In this document: positions 1 to 12,034 of the stretch, piece after piece
How positions within the stretch are numbered: the stretch's first letter is position 1
How the letters are laid out: the number at the start of each line of letters is the position of its first letter
Source: Mobula hypostoma
Taxonomy: Eukaryota
Length of the DNA: 64,000 nt
NCBI RefSeq assembly: GCF_963921235.1
Contig: NC_086097.1
Coordinates: 255,814,001 to 255,878,000 of the forward strand
Reading direction: 5' to 3'
Position numbers and translations under genes: made by a program
The notes under the pieces: generated by a model
The model's input: only the letters and a program-made list of their open reading frames with translations
Database searches by the model: none
Told to the model about the DNA's origin: nothing

Positions 1-909
1 CGAGTTCACTCAACCTACTTTCATAAGGCATGCTGCCCAATCCAGGCAACATCCTTGTAAATCTCCTCTGCACCCTTTCTACGGTTTCCACATCCTTTCT
101 GTAGTGAGGTGACCAGAATTGAGCACAGTACTCCAAGTGGGGTCTGACCAGGGTCTTATATAGCTGCGACATTACCTCTTGGCTCTTAAACTCAATCCCA
201 TGATTGATGAAGGCCAATGCACCGTATGCCTTCCTAACCACAGAGTCAACCTGCGCAGCAGCATTGAGTGCCCTATGGACTCAGACCCCAAGATCCCTCT
301 GATCCTCCACACTGCCAAGTGTCTTTCCATTAATACTATACTCTGCCATCATATTTGACCTACCAAAATGAACCACTTCACACTTATCTGGGTTGAGCTC
401 CACCTGCCACTTCTCAACTCAGTTTTGCATCCTATCAATGTCCCGCTGTAACCTCTGACAGCCCTCCACACTATCCAAAACACCCCCAACCTTTGTGTCA
501 TCAGCAAACTTACTAACCCATCCCTCCACTTCCTCATCCAGGTCATTTATTAAAATCACAAAGAGAAGGGGTCCCAGAACAGATCCATTGGTGACCGACC
601 TCCATGCAGAATATGATCTGTAAACAACCACTTCAGTGAGCAAGCCAATTCTGGATCCACAAAGCAAGGTCCCCTTTGATCCCATACCTCCTGACTTTTT
701 CCAATAAGCCTTGAATGGGGTACCTTATCAAATGCCTTGCTGAAATCCATATACACTACATCTACTGATCTTCCTTCATCAATGTGTTTAGTCACATCCT
801 CAAAAAATTCAATCAGGCTCATAAGGCACGACCTGCCTTTGAAAAAGCCATGCTGACTATTCCTAATCATGTTATGCCTCTCAAAATTTTCACAAATCCT
901 GCCTCTCAG
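1..909 (-). mobile_element. CR1-type LINE fragment (RT region)
   Basis: ORFs contain [43 protein letters not shown] and KFADDTK, with frameshifts. Confidence 0.9.
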
Positions 910-962
910 GTTGATAATGGATCTCGAGAAACGTAGCAGTATTCAGTGGAGTAAGGGAAGTT

Positions 963-3900
963 ACAGAGAGAGGAGAGCCATTTCTACCACCATAATCACA
1001 GATGCAGCAGAGAAAGTGTCAAGGTGGCTCTGGATAAAGAAGGCAGATCCATGGGTTGCTGTTAGGGCACAGGTTGGGGTTTGATCAACCCTGGTCAGGT
1101 CACCTGGGCGAGGGTGTATGATGTTCAAAGATCCGAAACACCTGATGAGCCCAGGTAACATCACTGATGTGCCCTGGCTTAGCACCATGCAGATGTTTCT
1201 GTAAGAACTACCTCCTGGGACACCAGTGACCACCAGGAAGAGTCTGGTTGACAGCAAGTTTGGTAACAACTGGAAAGACAGTTGACAGCCTGGAAAGACA
1301 GCAAACCGGGGAGAGGGTGGGTTGGCAGCCCTAACTGCAGCTCCTGTAAAGTACCCAAGAAGGCTACAGATCAAAGAATGGAAAGATACCCCCAGGGGAA
1401 GCCCGGGGCGGGGGGGGCGGGGTGCGAAAGAACTTCCCAGGCGGACGGACACAAGGCTACCAACCCAGTGCAATGGACAATCAATGAGTACGCAGTGCAT
1501 CTGTGACAAAATTTGTAAGAACCAGAGAGGCTTGAAAATCCACCGGTCAAGGGTGAAGTGTAAAGAGCAACAGAGAGCTCCAAAATGTGCAGATTGAGAC
1601 AGAGGAGCAGGGTCAGGAAGCACCCCACGGAACCCAGAGCCTCTGCGTGGTGCAAGCTGTGCATCCCAACATCACATCTCAGACCGTGCGGATCAAATGG
1701 CCCAAAGCCTGCCAGACAGAGTGGCAATGATTTGAGGACGTAGATCTAGTATTGGAAACAGTGGCCAAAGCTGGTGTGGAGAGGAGATTACAGATGACAA
1801 CAGGGATCATAACTCTGGCAGCAGAAAGATTTGGTACCAAGGAAGTGAAGTAGGCCAAACAGCCATATGTTAAAAACAACAGCCTCCAAAATCCACAACA
1901 TCCGGAAAGAACTCAAGGCGATCAAGCAACAACATAAATTTGCAAACCATGAGGAAAGGGCACCACCGGAAGAACTGCGTGTGATGCGGAGGAAAAGGTT
2001 CATAACTCTGAGAAGAGCGAAGCAACATCTGAAGCACAGGAGAAGAGGAGCACAGGAAAGATCTGCATTTATCAGTAACCCATTTCAGTTCACTAAACAG
2101 CTGCTGGGTCAGAAGAGAAGCTGAAATCTGTCCTGCACAAAGGAACAGATGGACCACCATCTTCGAAGCACCTTCAGTAACCTGGACAGAGAACTGGGAG
2201 ACTGATGTCCTCATCATGCTTGCAGAACCAACAGAGGCTTTCGACCTTCGAGAGCCTCTCTTCAAGGAGGTTCAGCAAGTAGTCAAGAAAGCCAGTGCTG
2301 GCTCAGCACCTGGTCTGAATGGCACCACCTACAACATCTACAAATGCTGCCCCTGGCTTCTCCGGCGGCTGTGGAGAATCCTCAGGGTCATCTGGAAGAA
2401 AGGCAAAGTGCCCAAGCAATGGAAGTATGCAAATGGAGTGTGGATTCCAAAAGTAGAGGACTCCGAGAACATCAGCCAGTTTAGGATAATATCCTTGCTG
2501 AGTGTTGAAGGGAAGGTCTTCTTCAGCGTGGTGGTGAAGCACCTAACAGAGTACTTTCTGAGGAACAATTACATCAACATGTCTGTCCAGAAGGGTGGCG
2601 TTCCAGGGGTACCAGGCTGCTTGCAGCACACAGCTCCTGAGGGAGGCCAGAGAGAACAAGGGTGACTTAGTGGTTTTGTGGTTGGATTTGGCCAATGCCT
2701 ATGCGTCAATCCCCCACAAGGTTGTTGAAGACGCTGAGAAGGCACCATGTTCCTGAAGGAATCAGAGGCCTCCTTATGGACTACTACAACAGGTTCCACC
2801 TCAGTCTCAACAGGACCAACAACATCAGACTGGTGCAGGCTGGAGATTGGTATCATCACAGGCTGCACCATCTCAGTCATTCTCTTCACCCTGGCAATGA
2901 ACACGCTGGTAAAATCTGCAGAGCCAGTGTCAAGGCCCGAAATCAAGATCTGGGCTCTGCCAACCACCAATACGAGCCTTCATGGAAGATCTGACTATCA
3001 CTACGGAGTCAGTGCCTGGTGCTAGGTGGATTTTTAAGGGGCTGGAAAGGTTGATGAGGTGGGCAAGGATGTCCTTTAAGCCTGCAAAATCAAGATCTGC
3101 AGTGCTGGAGAAGGGAAGAGTACAGAAGAAATTTTGTTTCTCTATTGAGGACATTCCAATTCCTACCATCTCAGAGAACCCTGTTAAAAGTCTTGGGAAG
3201 ATGTTTGATGCAACACTCAGAGATAAGGCAGCAATAAGAAACACCTGTGGGGAGTTTGAACAATGGTTGCAGGAGGTTGACAGGATGGGCCTTCCTGGGC
3301 AGTTTAAGGCATGGATTTACCAGCACCATACACTACCAAGAATCCTCTGGCCACTGCTTCTCTAAGAGTTTCCAGTTTCCACTGTTGCTGAATTAGAGAG
3401 GATAGTCAGCTGGTTCCTGCGAAAATGGCTGGGTTTACCAAGGAACATCAGCAGCATCGCTCTGTACGGGAATAACTGCAAACCGAGGCTCCCCCTGAAA
3501 TCCATCGAGGAGGAGTTCAAGGTTTTGTGAGCAAGAGAGGTGCTGCTATTCCGGGAATCTTCAGATCCAAAGGTTGCCAGAGCAGGAGTGGCAGTGAGAA
3601 CTGGAAGAGAGTGGAGAGCAGGAGCTGTAGTGGAAGAAGCTGAGGCGCGACTACACCACAAAGTGCTGGTGGGGGTAGTCACCAAGGGAAGAGCTGGACC
3701 TGGAAGCCTTGAAGTCCCCCATTTTGACAAAGTACAAGGGAAAGAGTGATGAGAACTGGTCCAGAATGAAGGGCAGCTGTGGAGGAGGAGAGGACCAGCA
3801 GAGCAGTGGCAATGAAACAGCAAGGAGCCTGGACCAAATGGGAGCAGGTGATCGAGCGAAAGATCACATGGAACGATCTCTGGAAGGTGGATCCACACCG

Positions 3901-4764
3901 CATCAAGTTCCTCATCCAGGCTGTTTATGACATCCGTCCTAGCCCATCCAACCTGCACTGCTGGGCCCTGCAGAACGACCAGCTTTCCCCCTGTGAGAAG
4001 ACCGGTACACTAGAGCATATTCTGTGCTGCTGCCCCAGAGCTCTTGCCAATGGCCATTATCGGTGGCGGCATGACCAGGTCCTCCAGTCACTTGCTGAGA
4101 CAATCTGCAGCACCCTTAACATCTGCCAGAAAACAAGTCTGGTCAAGAACACCACCTGCTTTGTCAGAGGGGAAAGACCAACAGGACACCAGAAAGCAAC
4201 CGGGTTGTTCTTCACTGTGCAGGACCGGAAGCTGAAAGCAGACCTGGGAAAACAGCTGCAGTTTCCTTCCCACATCACAGACTACATTGTGGCCCGACAT
4301 TGTGTTGTGGTCCGACTCATCGAAGCACGTTCTCATGTTCGAGCTTACCGTGCCGTGGGAAGAACGCACGGAGGAGGCCTACGAGCGGAAAAGAGCCAAG
4401 TATGAAGATCTGAAGAACAACTGCCAAAGAGGCTGGAGAGCAAAGTGTTAGCCCATGAAGGTTGGGTGTCGTGGCTTTGCAGGCCAGTCGCTCTGCAAGG
4501 TATACATTGCACTTGGAATCACGGGAGAGAGAAGGAGAGCCATTTCTACCACCACAGATGCGGCAAGTGTCAAGGTGGCTCTGGATAAAGAGAGCAGATC
4601 GGTGGGTTGCTGCTAGGGTACAGGCCATGGTCTGATCAACCGCGGTCGGGTCACCTGGGCGAGGGTGTATGATGTTGAAAGACCCGAAACACTTAACAAC
4701 CCCAGGTAGCATCACTGATGATGTGCCCTAGCTTAGCATCATGCAGATGTGTCTGTAAGAACTA
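963..4764 (+). mobile_element. Hero-clade (R2-group, RLE-type) non-LTR retrotransposon, decayed, bounded by ~245-bp direct repeats
   Basis: N-terminal zinc finger CICDKICKNQRGLKIH. RT motifs include FISNPFQFTKQLLGQKRS, SAPGLNG, FRIISLLSVEGKVFF, SVQKGGVPGVPGC, WLDLANAY, GIITGCTISVILF and FMEDL. CCHC region (LEHILCCCPRAL..YRWRHDQVL) and RLE-type ELTVPWEE..EEAYERK. Many stops and frameshifts. 963-1210 is similar to 4521-4764. Confidence 0.85.
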
Positions 4765-6269
4765 GAATGAGAGAGGAGTTGGCCAAAGTAAATTGGAAGA
4801 AGCTGCTGACAGGGATGTCGGCAGAGCAGCAATGACGTGTTTCTGGGAAAAATGAGGGAGGTACAGGACGTGTATTCCAAATATGAAGAAATACTCAAAC
4901 AGTAAAATAACACAACCGTGGCTGATAAGGGAAGTCAAAGCTATAGTAAAAACAAAGGGCACGCAACAAATCAAAAATTAGTGGGAAGATAGTGGAAAAA
5001 AAGACCTACAGAGATCAAGTAAAGAATCATTGAAGGGAAAAGATGAAATATGAAAGCAAGCTAGCAAATAATATCAAAGTGGATAGCAAAAGTTTTTTCA
5101 TGTTAAAAAAAAGAGTGAATACAGGACCACTCAAAAACAAGGCAGGAGAAATAATAACGGGGGAACAAGGAGATGGCTGATGAACTAAGTCAGTACTTTG
5201 CATCAGACTTCACTGTGGAAGATACTAGCAGAGTGGTGGATGTTGTTGTATGTGAAGGAAGAGAAGTGGGTGCAGTTACAATTACCAGGGAGAAGGTGCT
5301 CAAAAAGCTGAAAGACCCAAAAGTACACAAGTCACCCAAACCAGATGAACTGCACCCTAGAGTTCAGAAAGACTTGGAGTTAGAGATTGTGGTGACACTA
5401 GAAATGATTTTTCAAAAATCATTGTACTTTGGCATGGTGCCAGAGGACTGGAAAATTGCAAATGTTACTCCACTCTTTGAGAAAGGAAATTATAAACCAA
5501 TTAACCTGACCACAGTAGTTGGGAAGATGTTAGAGTCAATTGTTAGGACGAGGTTACAGAGTACTTGATGACACAGGACAAGATAGTACAAAATCAGCAT
5601 GGTTTCCTTCAGGGAAAAATCATGCCTGACAAGCCTGTTGGAATTTTTTCAGGAGATTACAAGCAGGATAGACAAAGAGGATGCAATGGATGTTGTATGT
5701 TTGGACTTTCAGAAGGCCTTTGACAAGGTGGCACACACAAGGCTGCTTACCAAGTTAAGAGCCCATGGCATTACAGAAAAGCTACTAGCATTGTTAGAGC
5801 ATTGGTAGGAGGCAGCAAGTGGGAATAAAAGGATCCTTTTCTGGTTGGCTGTCAGTGACTAGTGGTGTTCCGCAGGGGGTCAGCGTGGGAACCACTTCTT
5901 TTTATGCTGTATATAAATGATTTATATGATGAAATTGATTCCTTTGTTGTCAAGTTTGCAGATGATACGAAGATTGGTGGAGGGGCAGGTAGCGTTGAGG
6001 AAACAGGTAGGATGCAGGACTTGGACAGATTAGGAGAATGGGCAAAAAAGTGGGAAATTAAACACAATGTTGACAAATACATAGTCATGCACTTTTGTAG
6101 TAGAAATAAATGTGCAAACTATTTTCTAAATGGGGAGGAAATCCAAAACTCTGAGACGCAATGGGACTTGGGAGCCCGTGTGCAGCATACATTGAGGGTT
6201 AACATGCAGGTCGAGTCAGTGGTGAGGAAGGCAAATGCAATGTTAACATTCATTTCAAGTGGTCTAGAA

Positions 6270-6376
6270 TTCAGCTTTTTTCTTAAAGATGTGGTGGGTG
6301 TGTTCCGGCTACCACTGCACTGCTGCATTATTCGCGGCAATGTATCGGTCCATGGCCCGGAGGTTGGGGACCACTG
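6270..6376. mobile_element. Truncated hAT (Charlie-like) non-autonomous element
   Basis: Right end GGTTGGGGACCACTG. Perfect 8-bp TSD GTCTAGAA at 6262-6269 and 6377-6384, matching the nTCTAGAn target preference. Left TIR is absent. Confidence 0.7.
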
Positions 6377-6503
6377 GTCTAGAATACAAGAGTGGGGATG
6401 AGGTGCTGGGGGTTTAGAAAACACTGGTGAGGCCTCAGCTTAAGTATTGTGAACAGTTTTGGGCTCCTCATCTTAGAAGAGATGTGGTGGCATTGCAGAA
6501 GTT

Positions 6504-8641
6504 CAGGGGCAGCGCTAAGGTGGTGCTAGCTGGTGCTATAGCACCAGCATAGCACCAAAGAAATTAAACTGAAATTTCACATACTAATTTCAGCTGCTAT
6601 GCTTTCTGTATAGTTTTGAATACAGCTTGTTTCTCCAGTTGATTGCACCCCCAATTACAATAGCACCCACGCAGCAATAAACTTATAAACTCTGTCAGAT
6701 GCACTCTACACTTCTGCTTATTCGTTCATTGTCAATGTCTTGGCATTGCTGTCCTCAGATCAATTAAACTGATCTAAGATCACTTCAGGTGGTGATGTCA
6801 CTCACTCTTGCGAGAGATTGATAGTATACATCCAGGCGCAGATCCATGGTCTCACGAGACTAACAGATCGAACACACACACACCTTTTACAAGCTAGCAT
6901 CGGCCTGGCACGTGCATTATTTTGGCCGATGTGAAAAATGGATCGCTCTTTAGTGAGAAAACGACCTCATCCAGAGGAATCAGTGATCTCAACCTGAGCC
7001 TGTCTTAATTGAAAGCGACATGCAGAAAGTAGTAAGTGGGGATGAGGATGACAGCAGTTCATCGAAGGAGTGTGAGGGCGAAGTAGAGGAACAAGGAACG
7101 GAGTGGGATTCGGAAGAGAACATGGATAAAGCTGCTCCTAGTGCTAGTGGGAATACTGTTAGTGATGTCAGCCAGCAGCCTGAGGAAGGACCCCGATGGC
7201 CAGCATTGAGAAAGTACCCTTTGCTGCTCGCAACAAGTTTGGCAATCAGCAAAGGAGTTTTATTCGTGGCTGGTTTGACTGACTGGAATATTCGATCATG
7301 AAAGATACTACATTCTGGTTCACATGCAGGCATTTCCTGTGTAGAGGACATGGGTTCCATTTTGAGTCTACCTTCACTGTCACCGGTTACCGCAACTGGC
7401 GGAAAGCTACAACAGCTTTCAAAACCCACCATGTAAGTGCAGCTCATAGGTTTGCTATGGAGACATGGGCCAAATTCAGATTGAGAAAACAAGACTGTTC
7501 AAGATTGGGAAATATGCTTGACAAAGGACATGCAAAGATTGTGAGTATGCGAGCTGTGGTTGAGTCCCTAGCAAGGACAGACAGTGAATGACACAGTGGA
7601 ATTTCTAGCTCCAATGAGACCCTACCGCGATGCATTTATAGATTTATACAAACTCCTCTGCATATCACTGACTCTACCTGTGACATCTGCCTCATGCGAA
7701 CGGAGTTTCTCTTGCCTCAGACGCCTCAAAAACTACCCGAGGAATAGCAGTGATGCTCGTAACAGCAACTTGGCCCTGTTGGCCATAAGCAGCCGGAGGA
7801 CCAAGGCACCTGACATCCAGAAAATCATTGATGCTTTCACCACCAATCACAAGAGACGGATTGTGCTTCTCTGAAAACAACAATGGTGAAGGCAGTTGAT
7901 TTTAAAATTTAGGCCAAGACTAATGCTGATTATTATTATTTTGTGGTGGATACCCCATAGTCCTTATGTTTCCTGCAAATCCTAAACTATTACATTTACT
8001 GCTATTAAGCCTACTGGTTTTGCTTAGACTTCCAAGCAGTGATTCTGTTGATCTTTGTTTTAAATTCAGTAGCCAAATTAATTGAGGTATTGCATGGTCA
8101 GAGTATGATTTGTCCAACTCCTGGTAAAGCCTTGCATCTGTTGTTTGCCTTATTTCACTTTAATAACAGTGTATCTTTTGGCATTGTCTTTGTAATGTGA
8201 ATAGCAGTGGACATTATGGATTAGTGTTGTGTTTTTCTGTTGAAAAGCAGGAATGATATGATAAATACACAGCCTATATAAAGTAGAAATAATGTATGTA
8301 CAGTGTAGTTTCACTGAACAGAATTGCCAAAAACGGTTTGTAAAGAAAAATGGGCACATACCCACATATTATGCATGCTCACATGGGTGCCCGCGTAAGG
8401 CTTCATGGTCATGGTAGTCTTTTTTGGGACAAACAACGTATTTGACTGCTACTCTTGTCTGTTGGTAACCCTACCCACCCACCCCCCCCCCCAGTTGGCA
8501 AGAATATTGTCAATATTAAACTGGTCCGCAGTGCAAAAAAGGTTGGGGACCTCTGCCATAGGGTACATCCCTCAGCACCATCACTGAATAATTCAGCCCC
8601 ACTGTAGCACCAGCAAGAAAAGATCTCTGGCACCGCCACTG
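6504..8641 (+). mobile_element. Internally deleted hAT DNA transposon (Tip100/ZMYM1-like)
   Basis: Imperfect TIRs CAGGGGCAGCGCTA / (rc) CAGTGGCGGTGCCA with subterminal TAGCACC repeats. Degenerate 8-bp TSD (cagaagtt / cagagggt). TTF-type zinc-finger remnant (FTCRHF..FTVTGYRNWRKA..H) lies directly next to the hAT dimerization domain (LPVTSASCERSFSCLRRLKNY); the catalytic core is missing. Confidence 0.8.
8390..8555. mobile_element. hAT MITE right-end fragment nested in the larger hAT
   Basis: Ends GGTCCGCAGTGCAAAAAAGGTTGGGGACCTCTG, the same TIR type as 6362-6376. Left boundary is uncertain. Confidence 0.5.
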
Positions 8642-8978
8642 CAGAGGGTCCAGAGGAGGGTGACAGAATGATTCCAGGAATGAAAGGGCAGAACACCCTA
8701 AAGGTTAACTTGCAGTTTGAGTCGGTGGTAAGGTAACTTACTTACCTTGGCAGCACCCTCTCCCGAGCAGTGACTATTGATACATAAGTTAACTGCAGAA
8801 TAGCAAAGGCAAGCTCTGCTTTCAGTAGACTGCGCTCCACTGTGTGAGAACGCCGAGGAATCAGCCCAGCAACAAAACTGAAGGTCCACAGAGCTGTGGT
8901 ACTCACTACCCTCCTGTATGCCCATGAAACGTGGACTGTGCATTGAAGGCATGCAAGACAGCTCAACCATTTCCACAT

Positions 8979-9124
8979 AACGCAAACAAGAGGAATTCTG
9001 CAGATGCTGGAAATTCAAGCAACACACATCCTGACGAAGCGTCTCCACCTGAAACGTCGACTGTACCTCTTCCTAGAGATGCTGCCTGGCCTGCTGCGTT
9101 CACCAGCAACTTTGATGTGTGTTG
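8979..9124. mobile_element. Penelope-derived short element with degenerate hammerhead motif
   Basis: aacgcaaacaagaggaattctgcagatgctgg... followed by CTGACGA..GAAACGTCGAC..gatgctgcctggcctgctg. Flanked by a 15-bp TSD caaccattt(c/t)cacat at 8964-8978 and 9125-9139. Confidence 0.7.
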
Positions 9125-9442
9125 CAACCATTTTCACATGACTTGTCTTCACAGAATATTAGGCATCAGATGGCAAGACAAGTACCAGACACTGAAGTTC
9201 TCTCCAGAGCAGTCTACCATCAGTCCACACACTGATGAGAGCACAGACCCGGTGGGCAGGTCATGTCATCCACATGCTGGACGAGCGCATACCCAAGCAG
9301 CTCCTTTTTGGGGGAACCCTCTGCTAGAAGACACTCGCATGGAGGGCAGAAGAAATGTTATAAAGACATACTAAAAGCCTCCCTGAAGTCATTTGACATA
9401 GACACAACCTCTTAGGAAACACTGGCACAAAACCGCCCTACC

Positions 9443-9708
9443 AAAGGAGTACATTCAGCCAAAGACTCATTCCACCGAAATGCAGCACAGAGCATCATAG
9501 GAAGTCATTCCTGCCTGTGGCCATCAAACTTTACAGCTCCTCCCTTGGAGGGTCAGACACTTTGAGCCAATAGGCTGGTCCTGGACTTATTTCCTGGCAT
9601 AATTTACATATTACTATTTAGCTATTTATGGTTCTATTACTATTATTTATGGAGCATCTGTAACGAAAACCAATTTCCCCCTGGATCAATAAAATATGAC
9701 TATGACTA
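9443..9708 (+). mobile_element. Rex1/Babar-type LINE 3' end
   Basis: Closely similar to 59178-59458. AATAAA followed by a (TATGAC)n tail. Inserted in the RTE. Confidence 0.7.
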
Positions 9709-10139
9709 CCTGGCACGGCCTCATCCACAAGGGCTGTCAAGCTTACAAAGCAAGGCGCACTGCTGAAACACAACATAAGCGCGAGCTGCACAAGTCCAGA
9801 GCCACCAGTGTAACAACTGCAGTGCCTACACATCTGCCCAACATGTGCCAGGACGATCTGTGCCCGAATTGGCCTGACCAGTCATCTTCGGACACACCGC
9901 ATCCAGTCTCAAAGTGACTAATGGTGTCCAGGTCTTCATCGATGACGATGGACAAACCACATGGACAGGCACATGGATGAAAGAAAAATAGAGGGTTACA
10001 GGTAGTGTGGGTTTAGGACCTTTTTTCAAAAAAGGAATATATGGGTCAGCAGAACATCAAGGGCCGAAGGGCCTTACTGTGCTGTAGTATTTTGGTGTCT
10101 CGTGTGTTATGCGTGGAAATGTACGACCATGTTAAATAG

Positions 10140-11378
10140 GCTATAATACAGACCACCCAACAGCTAAAGGAATTTAGAGGAACAAATTTGTGGAGAGATT
10201 GCAGACTATTGCAAGAAACACAAGGTTATTATAGTAGGTGATTTTAACCTTCCACATATTGACAGACTCCCATACTGTGAAAGGACTAGTTGGGATAGTT
10301 TGTGTCAAATGTGTTCAGGAAAGATTGCTCCTTGGTACATAGAAGTCCCAAAGAAACTGTGATACTTGAACTGCTATCAGGGAATGAGACAGGGCAGGGG
10401 ACAGAAGTTTGTGTAGGGGAACACAGTACCATTTGTTTCAAAGTAAAACTGGAAAAAGATAGGTCTGGTTTGATGCTGTAAGAAATGATCTGGCAAGGGT
10501 GGACTGGGACCGGCTGTTTGTTGGCCAAGGTGTACTTGGGAAGTGGGAGGCCTTCAAAAGTGAAATTTTTGAGAGTACAAAGATTGTATGGGCCTGTCAG
10601 AATAAAAAGATAACAAGTGTAGGGAATGTGGTCATACTCTGCAAAAAATGTTAGCAAGGGACAAAACTGGTCTTTTTGAAGATCAGATTGGTAATCCATG
10701 TGTGATACCAAAAGAAATGGGAGGAGATCATTAAAAAAAAAATTCTGTATTTAGTCAGGAGATGGACAGTCCACAAAAGTGAGGCAAAGTGGCATCAACT
10801 TTATGGACCTTGTACAAGTTATAGAGGAAGAGATGTTTGCTATCCTGAGGGAAATCAAGGTGGATAAATCCCCAGGTCCTGACACTGTGTTCCCTTGGAC
10901 TCTACGCGAGGTAAGTGAGGCCTGGACCCTAGCAGGGATATTTAAATCATCCTTTGCACAGGAAAGGTACCAGAGCATTGGATAGCCATCATTGTTCCAC
11001 TGTTTCGGAAAGGCTGCAAACAAACCAGAAAATTATAGGCTGCAAGTCTGACATCAGTAGTGGGAAAGCTATTGGAAGGTACTAAGGGATTGGATACGAG
11101 TATTTGGATAGACATGGACTGATTAAGGATAGGCAACATGGCTTCATGCGTAGTAGGTCATGTCTAACCAATCTTAGAGCATTCTGAGGAAGTTAACAGG
11201 AAAGTTGATGAAGGCAAGGCAGTGGATATTGTCTACATGGACTTCAACAAAGCATTTGACAAGGTCCTGCATGGGGTTGATCAAGGTTCAGTCGCTCGGC
11301 ATTCAAGATGAGGTAGTAAATTAGATTAAATATTTGCTTTGTGGGAGAAGCCCTAGAATGATGGTAGATGGTTGCCTC
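10140..11378 (+). mobile_element. Old CR1 LINE fragment (EN-RT)
   Basis: IKVDKSPGPD, QHGF..RSCLTNL and YMDFNKAFDKV remnants. Confidence 0.75.
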
Positions 11379-11447
11379 ATTTTAAGTGATTTACACTGAA
11401 ACCATGTTGTGCCATCAACAACAGTGTGGAGCATCAGTATGAAGTTA

Positions 11448-11509
11448 CTACAATTTCTCATTTTTACAGAAATGAAAGTGAATACAAGGCCTAGAATGTG
11501 TACACAAAT
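11448..11509 (-). CDS. Candidate terminal coding exon of the buc/velo1 gene
   Basis: Unique AT-rich island with acceptor ttttgtattgtcttttaccttcag|. Joined in phase 1 to the 14036 donor it reads DLCTHSRPCIHFHFCKNEKL*. No homology support. Confidence 0.25.
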
Positions 11510-12034
11510 CTGAAGGTAAAAGACAATACAAAACTTACTTTAAAACAATTATTGCAATATTTAACACTTAAAGATACCAAATACTTTGAATTAAAATGGA
11601 ACAACTTTGGGAGCTTCAGATATGGAGATAAAGTTGGTGATGTGAAAGCAGAGATACAAGAACAAAAGAAATAGAAACAGAAGTAGGTCATCTGGCCCTT
11701 TGAGCCTGCTCTGCCATTCAGTAAGATCACAGCTGATCTGGCCATGGACTCACCTCCACCTACTGGCCTTTTTCCCCCCATAACCCTCAATTCCCCAACC
11801 ATGCAAAAAATCTATCCAACCTGATCTTAAATACATTTTTTGAGGTAGCCTCCACTGCTTCATTGGGCTGTGAATTCCACAGATTCACTACCCTCTGGGA
11901 AAAGTAGTTCCTCTTCATCTCCGTTCTAAATCTACTCCCCCAAATCTTGAGTATGTTCCCTTGTTCTAGTCTCACCAACCAGTGGAAACAGCTTTCCTGC
12001 CTCTATCTTATCTATCCTTTCCATAATTTTTATA

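Larger units (their letters stand above)
910..6503 (+). mobile_element. CR1 LINE ORF2 remnant (host of the Hero and small hAT insertions; resumes at 8642)
   Basis: Reads continuously across the insertion (..agggaagttacaga | gaatgagagaggagttggcc..). Motifs PEDWKIANVTPLF, LDFQKAFDKVAH and KFADDTK. Confidence 0.85.
8735..9960 (+). mobile_element. RTE (BovB-like) LINE 3' part, decayed, with two nested inserts
   Basis: Translated pieces TYLGSTLSR, RIAKASSAFSRL, TKLKVHRAVVLTTLLYAHETW, CLHRILGIRWQDK, RWAGHV..RIPKQLLFG and KDILKASLK are typical RTE C-terminal motifs. Confidence 0.8.

Noticed and set aside
1113..1150. Hammerhead ribozyme in the Hero repeat (TGATG..CGAAAC, CTGATGAG)
   Set aside because: The core elements are not in the right order with supporting stems, and CTGATGAG is absent from the second copy. 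Kept only as a generic structured RNA.
7298..7874. Domesticated ZMYM1/THAP12-like host gene
   Set aside because: It lies between hAT TIRs and a TSD, lacks the core, and its reading frame is broken.
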